Assembly (NCBI GenBank): GCA_024694565.1
Contig: JAILJR010000225.1
Coordinates: 24,754-88,753, forward strand
DNA from: Butyrivibrio sp.
Lineage (GTDB): Bacteria > Bacillota > Clostridia > Lachnospirales > Lachnospiraceae
DNA length: 64,000 nt
Reading direction: 5' to 3'
In this document: piece by piece, positions 47,126 to 56,200 of the stretch
How positions within the stretch are numbered: position 1 is the first letter of the stretch
How the letters are laid out: every line of letters begins with the position of its first letter
Position numbers and translations under genes: made by a program
The notes under the pieces: generated by a model
Databases searched by the model: none
Told to the model about the DNA's origin: nothing
What the model saw: only the letters and a program-made list of their open reading frames with translations

Positions 47126-48860
47126 CATCAAAAAGAACTGGTACATTTATCTCACAGGAGCACTGCTGCTAATTCAGGCAGCAGTGTTTCTTGTCTTTAG
47201 GGGAGAGAGTTATTTCCAGATACACGACAACCTGGACCTCTTCATGGGACACTACGAGATGCTCAAAAAGGCCGGGATATGGTTTGCCCACGGTGTCAAT
47301 GCCCCTATACTTCACGGAATATCAAGGGACCTGTTCGGATCGGAGTTTAACCTCTACAACATGTTCTATATACTGCTGCCCTCCTACTGGGCCTACCTTG
47401 CAGGATATGCCGCCAAGATAGCCATAGGCATTTTTTCTTTTACACTTCTTTCCAAAGATATATACAAAGAGCGCTATGAAAAATACAGACCGCTCATTCT
47501 TGTCATCGCAACCGCCTACGGAATGATCCCGGTCTTTCCAACATACGGAATCGCCTTCACCAGTGTTCCTTTGATCATCTTTTTCCTACGAAGGCTGTAC
47601 TTTGAAAAGGACTTAAAAAAGAGGCTTCCCTGGTATGTGGCTGTTTTCTTCTACCCACTTGTTTCTTACTTTTCCTACCACGGTTTCTTTATCCTAAGCT
47701 ACATGGTCCTCGCCGTTATCATCCTCTGGATCAGGGACAGAAAATTTCCAAAGAGCACCTTTCTCTCCATCGTAATTCTTTCGCTTGGCTATATAATCCT
47801 CGAATACCGGCTGTTTGGAGCAATGCTGGGTGATGATACGATCACCATCCGGACCACCATGGACCACGGAAATCTGACCTTCGGACAGGCTATGAAAACC
47901 GCCTTTGATGAGTTCGTCAATGCCTCCTTCCACTCTGAGGACTCTCACACCTACGTCGTGCTTTTAGTGGTTCTCATCGGCATGGTGATAATCAACGCAT
48001 CACTGATAAAAAGGGGAGAAGCCCGGAAAATCCTTACAGAGCCTGTAAATCTTGTAATGCTGTGGATCATCTTCAATGTCCTCATCTTTGGCCTGTACCA
48101 GTTTGCGCCCTTCAGACATCTCTTTGAGATGCTTGTTCCGCCTCTTACCGGTTTTGAATTTGCAAGAACCGCCTACTTCAACACCTTTTTGTGGTATGCA
48201 GAGCTTTTGCTTGTATGCGTCCGCATGTATGACTGTGGGAAAAAGAATGTAACCCTGCTTGCCAATCTGATCGTCACCCTGTCAGTCCTTGTAGTGATGT
48301 TCGTCCCTCAGGTCTACAACGATTTCTACTACACCTGCTACAATCAGGCCTACAAGGTGATAAAGCACAAGGAAACCAGTACGGTAAACTACAACGAGTT
48401 TTATTCTGTTAAGCTTTTTGAGAAGATAAAAGAAGACATTAGCTACGACGGAGAATGGTCCGCGTCATACGGAATGCACCCCGCGATCCTTAATTACAAC
48501 GGCATTGCTTCCGTCGACGGCTACCTGGGGATGTACGCCCAGGAGTACAAGGACAAGTGGACAAAGGTTATCGAGCCTGCCTTTGAGGGGTCACCCTCCA
48601 TCTCATCCTACTTCCTTGGATGGGGCGCCAGAGTAAACCTCATATCTGCATCCGACGAAAACACCTACGCTCCGCTTCGCGTGATGGACCTGAAAGACAG
48701 GCGCCTTGTCTGCAACATGGATGAGCTAAGGAGCCTTGACTGCAGATATATATTCTCCAGGATAGATTTCACCAATGCCGGTGATGCGGGAATATCCCTT
48801 ATCGGCGAATACACAGATAAATCAAGTCCCTACACGATCTACGTCTACAAAATTGAATAA
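47115..48860 (+). CDS. DUF6044/YkoS-like polytopic membrane protein (probable GT-C)
   Basis: IHDNLD after TM1, many TMs, and C-terminal GMHPAILNYNGI..VDGY. The start at 47115 overlaps the amidotransferase stop. Confidence 0.75.
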   Translation: MNHNIKKNWYIYLTGALLLIQAAVFLVFRGESYFQIHDNLDLFMGHYEMLKKAGIWFAHGVNAPILHGISRDLFGSEFNLYNMFYILLPSYWAYLAGYAAKIAIGIFSFTLLSKDIYKERYEKYRPLILVIATAYGMIPVFPTYGIAFTSVPLIIFFLRRLYFEKDLKKRLPWYVAVFFYPLVSYFSYHGFFILSYMVLAVIILWIRDRKFPKSTFLSIVILSLGYIILEYRLFGAMLGDDTITIRTTMDHGNLTFGQAMKTAFDEFVNASFHSEDSHTYVVLLVVLIGMVIINASLIKRGEARKILTEPVNLVMLWIIFNVLIFGLYQFAPFRHLFEMLVPPLTGFEFARTAYFNTFLWYAELLLVCVRMYDCGKKNVTLLANLIVTLSVLVVMFVPQVYNDFYYTCYNQAYKVIKHKETSTVNYNEFYSVKLFEKIKEDISYDGEWSASYGMHPAILNYNGIASVDGYLGMYAQEYKDKWTKVIEPAFEGSPSISSYFLGWGARVNLISASDENTYAPLRVMDLKDRRLVCNMDELRSLDCRYIFSRIDFTNAGDAGISLIGEYTDKSSPYTIYVYKIE

Positions 48861-48881
48861 GCTTTCCCGTAAAGACATACA

Positions 48882-48911
48882 AAGTCCCCGACCGGCGCCG
48901 GTCGGGGACTT
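48882..48911. terminator. Bidirectional terminator (perfect 30-nt palindrome) between convergent genes
   Basis: AAGTCCCCGACCGGCGCCGGTCGGGGACTT. Confidence 0.75.
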
Positions 48912-48929
48912 CTGACTGTTGTGCAATAA

Positions 48930-50114
48930 TCAAAAGGTATCTGTCTGGTTAAGCCAGCGATGCTCGTAGAATAACCAGCTCTTGTACGGAAGAATACGGA
49001 AGCCTTCCTTATCCGCCTGAGTCATGAAATACATAAAATAAAGTATACAGAACAGGATGACAGCTGCAGCTACCCTGTTCTTTTTCTTCTCGTCGCGGAT
49101 GCTGCATACAAGATTCGGAAGAAGAAGTATCTGGCAGGTGGTCAGGTAATAGGCAAATCTGGTTACCAGCGGCATCCAGAAGCAGGAGAGATATAATACC
49201 ACTGCCATGATGTTCATGTTAAGGTACATCCGGTTGTCTTTCCCATCTTCAACCGCGTCATGATAGCAGTATATACATAGTACTATCACGAAAAGACATC
49301 CAAGAACAGGTGCCGCATTCTCTGTTATGGTATGGGTTTCTTCTATAAAAACCGTGTTGTTATATGAGGGGTACAGCTTTAGGGCAATTACCATTATCTG
49401 CTCATGAAAAAATGCTGCCACGGCGCCAAAGATGCAGAGAGGCAGAAGCGCCCATTTTTTCCACGGAAACCTGGCGATAATATACATGGGGATGACAGCC
49501 AGAACGCTCTTATGGAAAAGAGCTGCAAACAGAATTACGGCAAAGAACTTGACTGTTCCCTCCCATGTAATATTTACCAGGTACCTCAGAGCAAATGTGG
49601 CAAGCGCCAGTGCAAAGTAATACCTCACCGTGTTGAAGCTCCTGTAATAGAAGCCCATCGTCATAAACACAAAGAAAGCAAAAGAAAAGCTCTCTGTCTG
49701 CTCCAGCAGGACCTTCAGAAAAACTGCGACAATTGCAGCCCCAAAGACACCAAACATAAGCAGATAGTCCTCTTTGCCGGACAGGGTGTAAAGTACTCTG
49801 ACCACAAAGTTGTACCCCGGCTCAGTAACCACATATCCTCGCTGGAATATCTCATGACAGGTCACAACATAGGTTCCGTAGTCGTTTCCCACTTCGAGCC
49901 TGAGTGCTGCAAGAGCTGTCAGCACTGTAAATATGGATCCGACAGCCAGCACATTCAGTGCCTTCCTTCTCGTTGTATATCCGTAGAATGCCCTGACAGC
50001 TTTTACTTCCCCCAGGGAATAGTTTCCTGCCTTCTCGTATTCAGTTTTTTCATCCGGCCGCACCAGGCACGCCAGAAAAATCGTAATGACAGCAATCAAA
50101 GCATAAAGGATCAT
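48930..50114 (-). CDS. EpsG-family polysaccharide polymerase (Wzy)
   Basis: Motifs LRLEVGNDYGTY, EPGY, NTVRYY, FHKS, RFAYY and PYKS. About 10 TMs. Confidence 0.85.
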   Translation of the reverse strand: MILYALIAVITIFLACLVRPDEKTEYEKAGNYSLGEVKAVRAFYGYTTRRKALNVLAVGSIFTVLTALAALRLEVGNDYGTYVVTCHEIFQRGYVVTEPGYNFVVRVLYTLSGKEDYLLMFGVFGAAIVAVFLKVLLEQTESFSFAFFVFMTMGFYYRSFNTVRYYFALALATFALRYLVNITWEGTVKFFAVILFAALFHKSVLAVIPMYIIARFPWKKWALLPLCIFGAVAAFFHEQIMVIALKLYPSYNNTVFIEETHTITENAAPVLGCLFVIVLCIYCYHDAVEDGKDNRMYLNMNIMAVVLYLSCFWMPLVTRFAYYLTTCQILLLPNLVCSIRDEKKKNRVAAAVILFCILYFMYFMTQADKEGFRILPYKSWLFYEHRWLNQTDTF

Positions 50115-51020
50115 TTATTTCGTAACTCCAATCACTCCGACGACCTTGACATCCTGCTTTTTAAGGGTATAGACCACCTTGTCCATATCGTCCGTTTTGT
50201 CTTTTCCAAGCTGCAATTTTATTATCACACCATCTGAAGATCGCATTTTATCAATATCTTCCGCATTATACGAAAACTCATCTCTTGAGAGCTCCGGATA
50301 ATTGCCATCCTTTTTAAGAAGATGTTCCCTGTTTAATCTGTATTCGTCAGTATCTTTTTTGCCAAGATAGGGAATCCATGGATAATTCATGACCCAGTCC
50401 CTCTCTGTGTAGATCACATCATCAAATATTCCGTACACAAGAACGGCAAAAAGACTGATCAAAAGTCCTATTAAGCCTCCTAGAAAGGCTGCATTTTTTT
50501 CCCTCGTATAGGCGTCGTATACCACAATCTCAGAATCTGTCCAGAGCTCTATGCTTTTCAGCATATCAATCTTTTCAGCAAAGGCAGGAAGAGCGACCTT
50601 ATAGGCATCGGATATCTCCCTTACCGCATCGCGGTCCGTCCCGGTGACTACTACCGTCAGGATCCTGTAATCACCAAGGATCTCCCCGGTCACACTTTCA
50701 AGTATCTGGTCCTTTGAAATATCAGGCGCCTTCATAAGTGCAACATCTACAATCGGGTCATCCCTCAATATTCCATCCCAGGTATAGGCATTGTAATAAT
50801 CCACCCCGTTCGGAAATTCCTCGTGATTAAAGGTGATGTAATAATCATTTCTGATCCTGTAGACCGTATTCCCGCTCATGACATTGCTGTAAACCACATA
50901 GGCAATAAAGCCAATGACAGCCCCTGCCACCGCAGATGCGATCACTATCCAGAATCGTTTCAGAAACTGTCTCCACAGTCTCCTAAGGTCCACAGCTCTC
51001 AAATCCTTACTATCAGACAT
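50115..51020 (-). CDS. Chain-length determinant / polysaccharide co-polymerase (Wzz/CpsC-like) with degenerate C-terminal extension
   Basis: VDLRRLW..WIVI-TM, extracellular loop, second TM, then FDDVIY and IPYLG. Start at ATG 51020 after GGAGG. Confidence 0.75.
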   Translation of the reverse strand: MSDSKDLRAVDLRRLWRQFLKRFWIVIASAVAGAVIGFIAYVVYSNVMSGNTVYRIRNDYYITFNHEEFPNGVDYYNAYTWDGILRDDPIVDVALMKAPDISKDQILESVTGEILGDYRILTVVVTGTDRDAVREISDAYKVALPAFAEKIDMLKSIELWTDSEIVVYDAYTREKNAAFLGGLIGLLISLFAVLVYGIFDDVIYTERDWVMNYPWIPYLGKKDTDEYRLNREHLLKKDGNYPELSRDEFSYNAEDIDKMRSSDGVIIKLQLGKDKTDDMDKVVYTLKKQDVKVVGVIGVTK

Positions 51021-51103
51021 TTCTACCTCCACACTGCCTGTTCTTTTGTATCATCTCCTTATTGTACCATATATGTCTGCAATCTGATATTTCTTCAAAA
51101 CTC

Positions 51104-51149
51104 AGCCGGGCGGGGACAATCAGCAATAACTGTTTGCTCCCGCCCGGCA
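51104..51149 (-). terminator. Hairpin terminator after uvrA
   Basis: Inverted repeat GCCGGGCGGG...CCCGCCCGGC. Confidence 0.55.
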
Positions 51150-51167
51150 TATACCAAAAGCTGCTGC

Positions 51168-54065
51168 CTATTTAAGCATTTTCTTTATATACGCCCCCGT
51201 GTAGGACTTTTTGCATTTTGCAACCTCCTCGGGAGTTCCCTTTGCAACTACAGTTCCACCCTTGGAGCCGCCCTCAGGGCCCATGTCGATTATGTAGTCC
51301 CCGGTCTTTATGACATCAAGGTTGTGCTCAATAACCACCACAGTATTGCCCTGCTCAACCAGCTCGTGCATTATCTTAACCAGCTTCTGCACGTCAGCGA
51401 AGTGAAGTCCCGTAGTGGGCTCATCAAGAATGTAAACAGTCTTTCCGGTACTTACCTTGGATAGCTCAGTCGCCAGCTTGATCCTCTGGGCCTCACCTCC
51501 AGATAACTCTGTACTTGGCTGCCCGAGCTTAACATATCCAAGTCCCACATCATAGAGGGTCTGGATCTTTCTTCTTATGGTCTTTACATTCTCAAAGAAG
51601 GAAAGTGCCTCCTCGACAGTCATGTCGAGAACATCATATATGTTCTTTCCCTTGTAGCGAACCTCGAGAGTCTCATGATTGTATCTCTTGCCGCCACAGA
51701 CCTCACATGGCACATATACGTCAGGCAAAAAGTGCATCTCTATCTTAATGATACCGTCACCGCCGCAGGCTTCACATCTTCCTCCCTTTACATTAAAGGA
51801 AAATCTCCCCTTCTTGTAGCCTCTGGTCTTTGCATCGGGAGTTCCTGCAAAAAGATCCCTTATCATATCAAAAACCCCTGTGTAGGTAGCCGGATTTGAG
51901 CGTGGGGTCCTGCCAATGGGTGACTGGTCGATCGCAATGACCTTGTCCACCTGTTCTATCCCTTCGATTGCCTTGTGCTTACCGGGGATACACCTTGCCC
52001 TGTTAAGGTCCCTGGCAAGGTGCTTGTACAGAATCTCATTTACAAAAGAGCTCTTACCCGAGCCGGAGACACCGGTCACTATCGTCATGACCCCAAGAGG
52101 AACCTCTATGTCGATGTTCTTAAGGTTGTTCTCTTTTGCTCCGATTATCTTAAGCCAGCCCCTGGGCTGCCTTCTTTCCTTTGGCACCTCAATCCTGAGC
52201 TTCCCCGAGAGATACTGGCCGGTAATAGATTCCGGCACCTTCATAATATCCTCTGCAGTTCCGCAGGCTACAATCTCACCGCCGTGAGAGCCGGCGCCGG
52301 GACCCACGTCCACTATGTAATCCGCAGCCCTCATGGTATCCTCATCGTGCTCAACCACTATGAGTGTATTACCAAGGTCACGCAGATTCTTAAGTGTGTT
52401 CAGAAGCTTGTCGTTATCCCTCTGGTGAAGCCCGATACTGGGCTCATCCAGGATGTAGCAGACTCCGCAGAGCCCTGATCCGATCTGGGTAGCAAGCCTT
52501 ATTCTCTGGGCTTCACCCCCGGAGAGCGTACCTGTTGCTCTGGACAGGGACAGATAGTCCAGTCCAACGTCCACCAGGAATCCAACCCTTGCCCTTATCT
52601 CCTTGAGCACCTGCGAACCTATCATCTCCTGGCTCTTAGTGAGCTTTAAGTTTTCAAGATAGTTCTGGAGCTCGTCTATTGACATTGAAGTGATCTCAAA
52701 AATATTCCTGTCATCAATGGTCACAGCCAGAGATTCTTTTTTGAGCCTCTGTCCCTTACAGAGAGGACAGGGAGTTATTCTCATGTACTCCTCATATTCT
52801 GCCTTGGCTGTCTCGGAGAAGGTCTCCCTGTATCGCTGCTCCACATTTTTGATCAGGCCGTCAAACTTGATCGGATAATCACCCTCTCCGCGCTGACCTT
52901 TGTAATGAACCATTACCTGTCTGTCTGCACCGTGGATAAGAACCTTCTGCACCTCCTCGGACAGCTCCTCAAACGGAGTATCGAGACTGAAATTGTATTC
53001 CTTTGCAAGGGCACGGAGAGTTGCATTGGAAAAGCTGCTGTCCTTATTGGCTGACTGCCAGCCCATGACCACAATACATCCATCATTTATTGACAGGCTT
53101 CTGTCAGGGATCATCAGCTCATCATCAAACTCCATCCTGTAGCCAAGCCCCAGACAATCGGGGCAGGCGCCAAACGGGTTGTTAAAAGAAAAGCTTCTTG
53201 GCTCGATCTCGGGAATGCTTATCCCGCAGTCAGGACAAGCAAAGTTCTGTGAAAAACTAAGCTCCTGTCCATCCACCACATCGACAATAAGTAATCCCTC
53301 AGAAAGCTTGAGTGCGCTCTCAATGGAATCTGTAAGCCTTCTTCTGAGGTTTTCATTGTCTTCGTGAACAACGATCCTGTCCACGATGATCTCAATACTG
53401 TGCTTGATGTTCTTGTCGAGCTTTATCTCCTCTGACAGCTCGTACTGACTCCCATCAATCCTTGCTCTGACAAATCCGGCTCTCTTTGCCCTGTCCAGAG
53501 TCTTTGCATGTTCACCCTTTTTACCCCGGACAACCGGCGAGAGGATCTGAAGCTTTGTGCCCTCGCCAAGCGACATTATCTGCTCACACATCTCGTCCAC
53601 ACTCTGGCGTCTTATCTCCCTGCCGCAATTAGGACAGTGTGGAATGCCTATTCTTGCATAGAGAAGTCTGAAGTGATCATATATCTCTGTCACGGTTCCC
53701 ACCGTGGACCTTGGATTCTTATTGGTTGACTTCTGGTCTATGGAAATTGTAGGCGAAAGCCCTTCAATCTGCTCAACATTCGGCTTATCCATCTGCCCGA
53801 GAAACATTCTTGCATAGGAGGAGAGGGACTCCATGTAGCGCCTCTGGCCCTCCGCAAAAATGGTATCAAAGGCAAGGGATGACTTTCCCGATCCTGAAAG
53901 TCCGGTAAAGACAGTCAGTGTCTCCCTCGGAATCTTTACACTCACATGCTTAAGATTGTGCTCATCTGCCCCCCGCACTCTGATATAGTCATGAATATCA
54001 GATGGAAGTATCTTCTTTGCGGTATTATTTATCTTTGTCATTCTGCTGTTATCTGGCATCATCAT
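51168..54065 (-). CDS. uvrA: Excinuclease ABC subunit A
   Basis: Two ABC ATPase modules ([15 protein letters not shown]; [10 protein letters not shown]), LSGGEAQRI twice, and zinc fingers. Confidence 0.97.
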   Translation of the reverse strand: MMMPDNSRMTKINNTAKKILPSDIHDYIRVRGADEHNLKHVSVKIPRETLTVFTGLSGSGKSSLAFDTIFAEGQRRYMESLSSYARMFLGQMDKPNVEQIEGLSPTISIDQKSTNKNPRSTVGTVTEIYDHFRLLYARIGIPHCPNCGREIRRQSVDEMCEQIMSLGEGTKLQILSPVVRGKKGEHAKTLDRAKRAGFVRARIDGSQYELSEEIKLDKNIKHSIEIIVDRIVVHEDNENLRRRLTDSIESALKLSEGLLIVDVVDGQELSFSQNFACPDCGISIPEIEPRSFSFNNPFGACPDCLGLGYRMEFDDELMIPDRSLSINDGCIVVMGWQSANKDSSFSNATLRALAKEYNFSLDTPFEELSEEVQKVLIHGADRQVMVHYKGQRGEGDYPIKFDGLIKNVEQRYRETFSETAKAEYEEYMRITPCPLCKGQRLKKESLAVTIDDRNIFEITSMSIDELQNYLENLKLTKSQEMIGSQVLKEIRARVGFLVDVGLDYLSLSRATGTLSGGEAQRIRLATQIGSGLCGVCYILDEPSIGLHQRDNDKLLNTLKNLRDLGNTLIVVEHDEDTMRAADYIVDVGPGAGSHGGEIVACGTAEDIMKVPESITGQYLSGKLRIEVPKERRQPRGWLKIIGAKENNLKNIDIEVPLGVMTIVTGVSGSGKSSFVNEILYKHLARDLNRARCIPGKHKAIEGIEQVDKVIAIDQSPIGRTPRSNPATYTGVFDMIRDLFAGTPDAKTRGYKKGRFSFNVKGGRCEACGGDGIIKIEMHFLPDVYVPCEVCGGKRYNHETLEVRYKGKNIYDVLDMTVEEALSFFENVKTIRRKIQTLYDVGLGYVKLGQPSTELSGGEAQRIKLATELSKVSTGKTVYILDEPTTGLHFADVQKLVKIMHELVEQGNTVVVIEHNLDVIKTGDYIIDMGPEGGSKGGTVVAKGTPEEVAKCKKSYTGAYIKKMLK

Positions 54066-54092
54066 CTCCGTCTTAATCTCTGAAACTAACTT

Positions 54093-54130
54093 ATAAGTCG
54101 CCCGGTAATATATATTACCGGGCGACTTAT
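54093..54130. repeat. Perfect 38-nt palindrome between uvrB and uvrA
   Basis: ATAAGTCGCCCGGTAATATATATTACCGGGCGACTTAT. Confidence 0.8.
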
Positions 54131-54165
54131 TATACTACACTTAAATCAATTTGTCTTTATGCGCA

Positions 54166-56172
54166 TTATTTACCAGATGTTAAATCGTTATAAACTTTCT
54201 TGAGGTCGATCATCTGATCCCTCAGCATTGCAGCAGTCTCAAAATCAAGCTCAGTGGCTGCCCTCTTCATCTTCTTCTGAACCTCACCGATGAGCTTCTC
54301 CAGCTCCTCTGCCGACATGGATTCAGGATCCTTTTCAAATCTGACCTCTTCCTTTGCCACTGCCTTTGTAACAGCAATGAGTTCCCTTACAGCCTTCTTG
54401 ATGGTCTGAGGCGTTATGCCATGTTCATCATTGTATTTCTGCTGAATGGCACGTCTTCTCTTCGTCTCATCGATGGCCTTTTTCATGGAATCCGTCATGT
54501 TGTCGGCATACATTATGACGTGTCCCTCGGAATTTCTGGCCGCTCTTCCTATGGTCTGGATAAGCGAAGTCTCTGACCTCAGGAACCCTTCCTTGTCAGC
54601 ATCTATTATCGCAACCAGCGAGATCTCCGGTATGTCAAGCCCCTCTCTAAGGAGATTGATCCCCACAAGAACATCAAAGACATCCAGTCTCATGTCCCTT
54701 ATTATCTCAGCCCTCTCAAGCGTATCTATGTCTGAGTGCAGGTACTTTACCCTGATTCCCGACTCTGCAAGATACTGTGTCAGGTCCTCAGCCATTCTCT
54801 TTGTCAGTGTGGTGACAAGAACCTTGTTCTTCTTGTCCACTTCCTTCCTGATTTCTCCTATGAGATCGTCAATCTGTCCCTCAACCGGGCGGACATCAAC
54901 CTCCGGATCAAGCAGTCCTGTGGGCCTTATTACCTGTTCAGTCCTAAACAGCTCATGTTCCTCCTCATATTTCCCGGGAGTAGCAGAGCAGAACAGCATC
55001 TGGTCTATATGATCCTCAAATTCCTCAAAATTCAGCGGTCTGTTATCAAGTGCCGACGGCAGTCTGAATCCATATTCGACAAGCGTTGTCTTCCTGCTCC
55101 TGTCCCCATGGTACATGGCCCCGATCTGTGGGATGGTCATATGCGACTCGTCAACTATTATCAGAAAGTCTCTGTTAAAGAAATCAAGCAGCGTCAGAGG
55201 CGGCTCCCCCGGCTGCATAAAATTCAGATGCCTTGAGTAGTTCTCGATTCCCGAGCAGAACCCTGTCTCCCTCATCATCTCAATGTCAAAGTTAGTCCTC
55301 TCAGATATCCTCTGGGCCTCGATGAGCTTGTCCTCGCCCTTGAAGTACTTTATCTGCTCCTCCAGCTCCTTCTCAATATTGTCACAGGCCCTGTTTATCT
55401 TTTCCTGTGGAACGACATAGTGGGAAGCGGGATATATCATTACATGAGTCAGCTCACTCCTTACCTTGGCAGTCACCGGCTCAATCTCGCAGATCCTGTC
55501 TATCTCATCACCAAAAAACTCTATCCTGATCAGATAGTCGTCGGCATTTGCAGGGAAGACCTCCACAGTGTCACCTCTCACCCTGAAATTACACCTTGAG
55601 AGCTCAAGATCATTCCTGTTGTACTGTATAGCCACAAGATCCTTTATCACCTCATCCCTGTCCTTCTGCATCCCGGGACGCAGTGATATTGACATGCCCT
55701 TGAATTCATCAGGACTGCCCAGTCCATAGATGCAGGAAACACTGGCTACAACTATGACATCTTTTCTTTCAGACAGCGAAGCTGTTGCCGAGAGACGAAG
55801 CTTATCTATCTCGTCATTTATCGAGGAGTCCTTTGCAATATAAGTATCAGTCTGGGGCACATAGGCCTCAGGCTGATAATAATCATAGTAGCTTACAAAG
55901 TATTCAACTGCGTTCTCGGGAAAAAACTCTTTGAACTCACCGTACAGCTGACCGGCGAGGGTCTTATTGTGCGATATTACCAGAGTGGGCTTATTAAGGG
56001 CCGCGATGACATTTGCCATGGTAAATGTCTTACCTGACCCCGTAACCCCTACCAGAGTCTGAAACTGGTTGCCCTTACGGAAACCGTCAACGAGCTCCTG
56101 TATTGCCTTTGGCTGGTCGCCTGTCGGCTTGTATTCACTGTGAAGTTTAAACAAATTCTCTGTTCTTTCCAT
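54166..56172 (-). CDS. uvrB: Excinuclease ABC subunit B
   Basis: Motifs [40 protein letters not shown] and QTIGRAARN, plus a UVR domain. Start refined to 56172. Confidence 0.97.
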   Translation of the reverse strand: MERTENLFKLHSEYKPTGDQPKAIQELVDGFRKGNQFQTLVGVTGSGKTFTMANVIAALNKPTLVISHNKTLAGQLYGEFKEFFPENAVEYFVSYYDYYQPEAYVPQTDTYIAKDSSINDEIDKLRLSATASLSERKDVIVVASVSCIYGLGSPDEFKGMSISLRPGMQKDRDEVIKDLVAIQYNRNDLELSRCNFRVRGDTVEVFPANADDYLIRIEFFGDEIDRICEIEPVTAKVRSELTHVMIYPASHYVVPQEKINRACDNIEKELEEQIKYFKGEDKLIEAQRISERTNFDIEMMRETGFCSGIENYSRHLNFMQPGEPPLTLLDFFNRDFLIIVDESHMTIPQIGAMYHGDRSRKTTLVEYGFRLPSALDNRPLNFEEFEDHIDQMLFCSATPGKYEEEHELFRTEQVIRPTGLLDPEVDVRPVEGQIDDLIGEIRKEVDKKNKVLVTTLTKRMAEDLTQYLAESGIRVKYLHSDIDTLERAEIIRDMRLDVFDVLVGINLLREGLDIPEISLVAIIDADKEGFLRSETSLIQTIGRAARNSEGHVIMYADNMTDSMKKAIDETKRRRAIQQKYNDEHGITPQTIKKAVRELIAVTKAVAKEEVRFEKDPESMSAEELEKLIGEVQKKMKRAATELDFETAAMLRDQMIDLKKVYNDLTSGK

Positions 56173-56200
56173 CTCACATCCTATAACTTCAACGACTTTA

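Noticed and set aside
49404-50237. 277-aa plus-strand ORF antisense to wzy
   Set aside because: No recognisable motifs. It lies entirely opposite well-supported genes and is typical of a shadow ORF of a hydrophobic gene.
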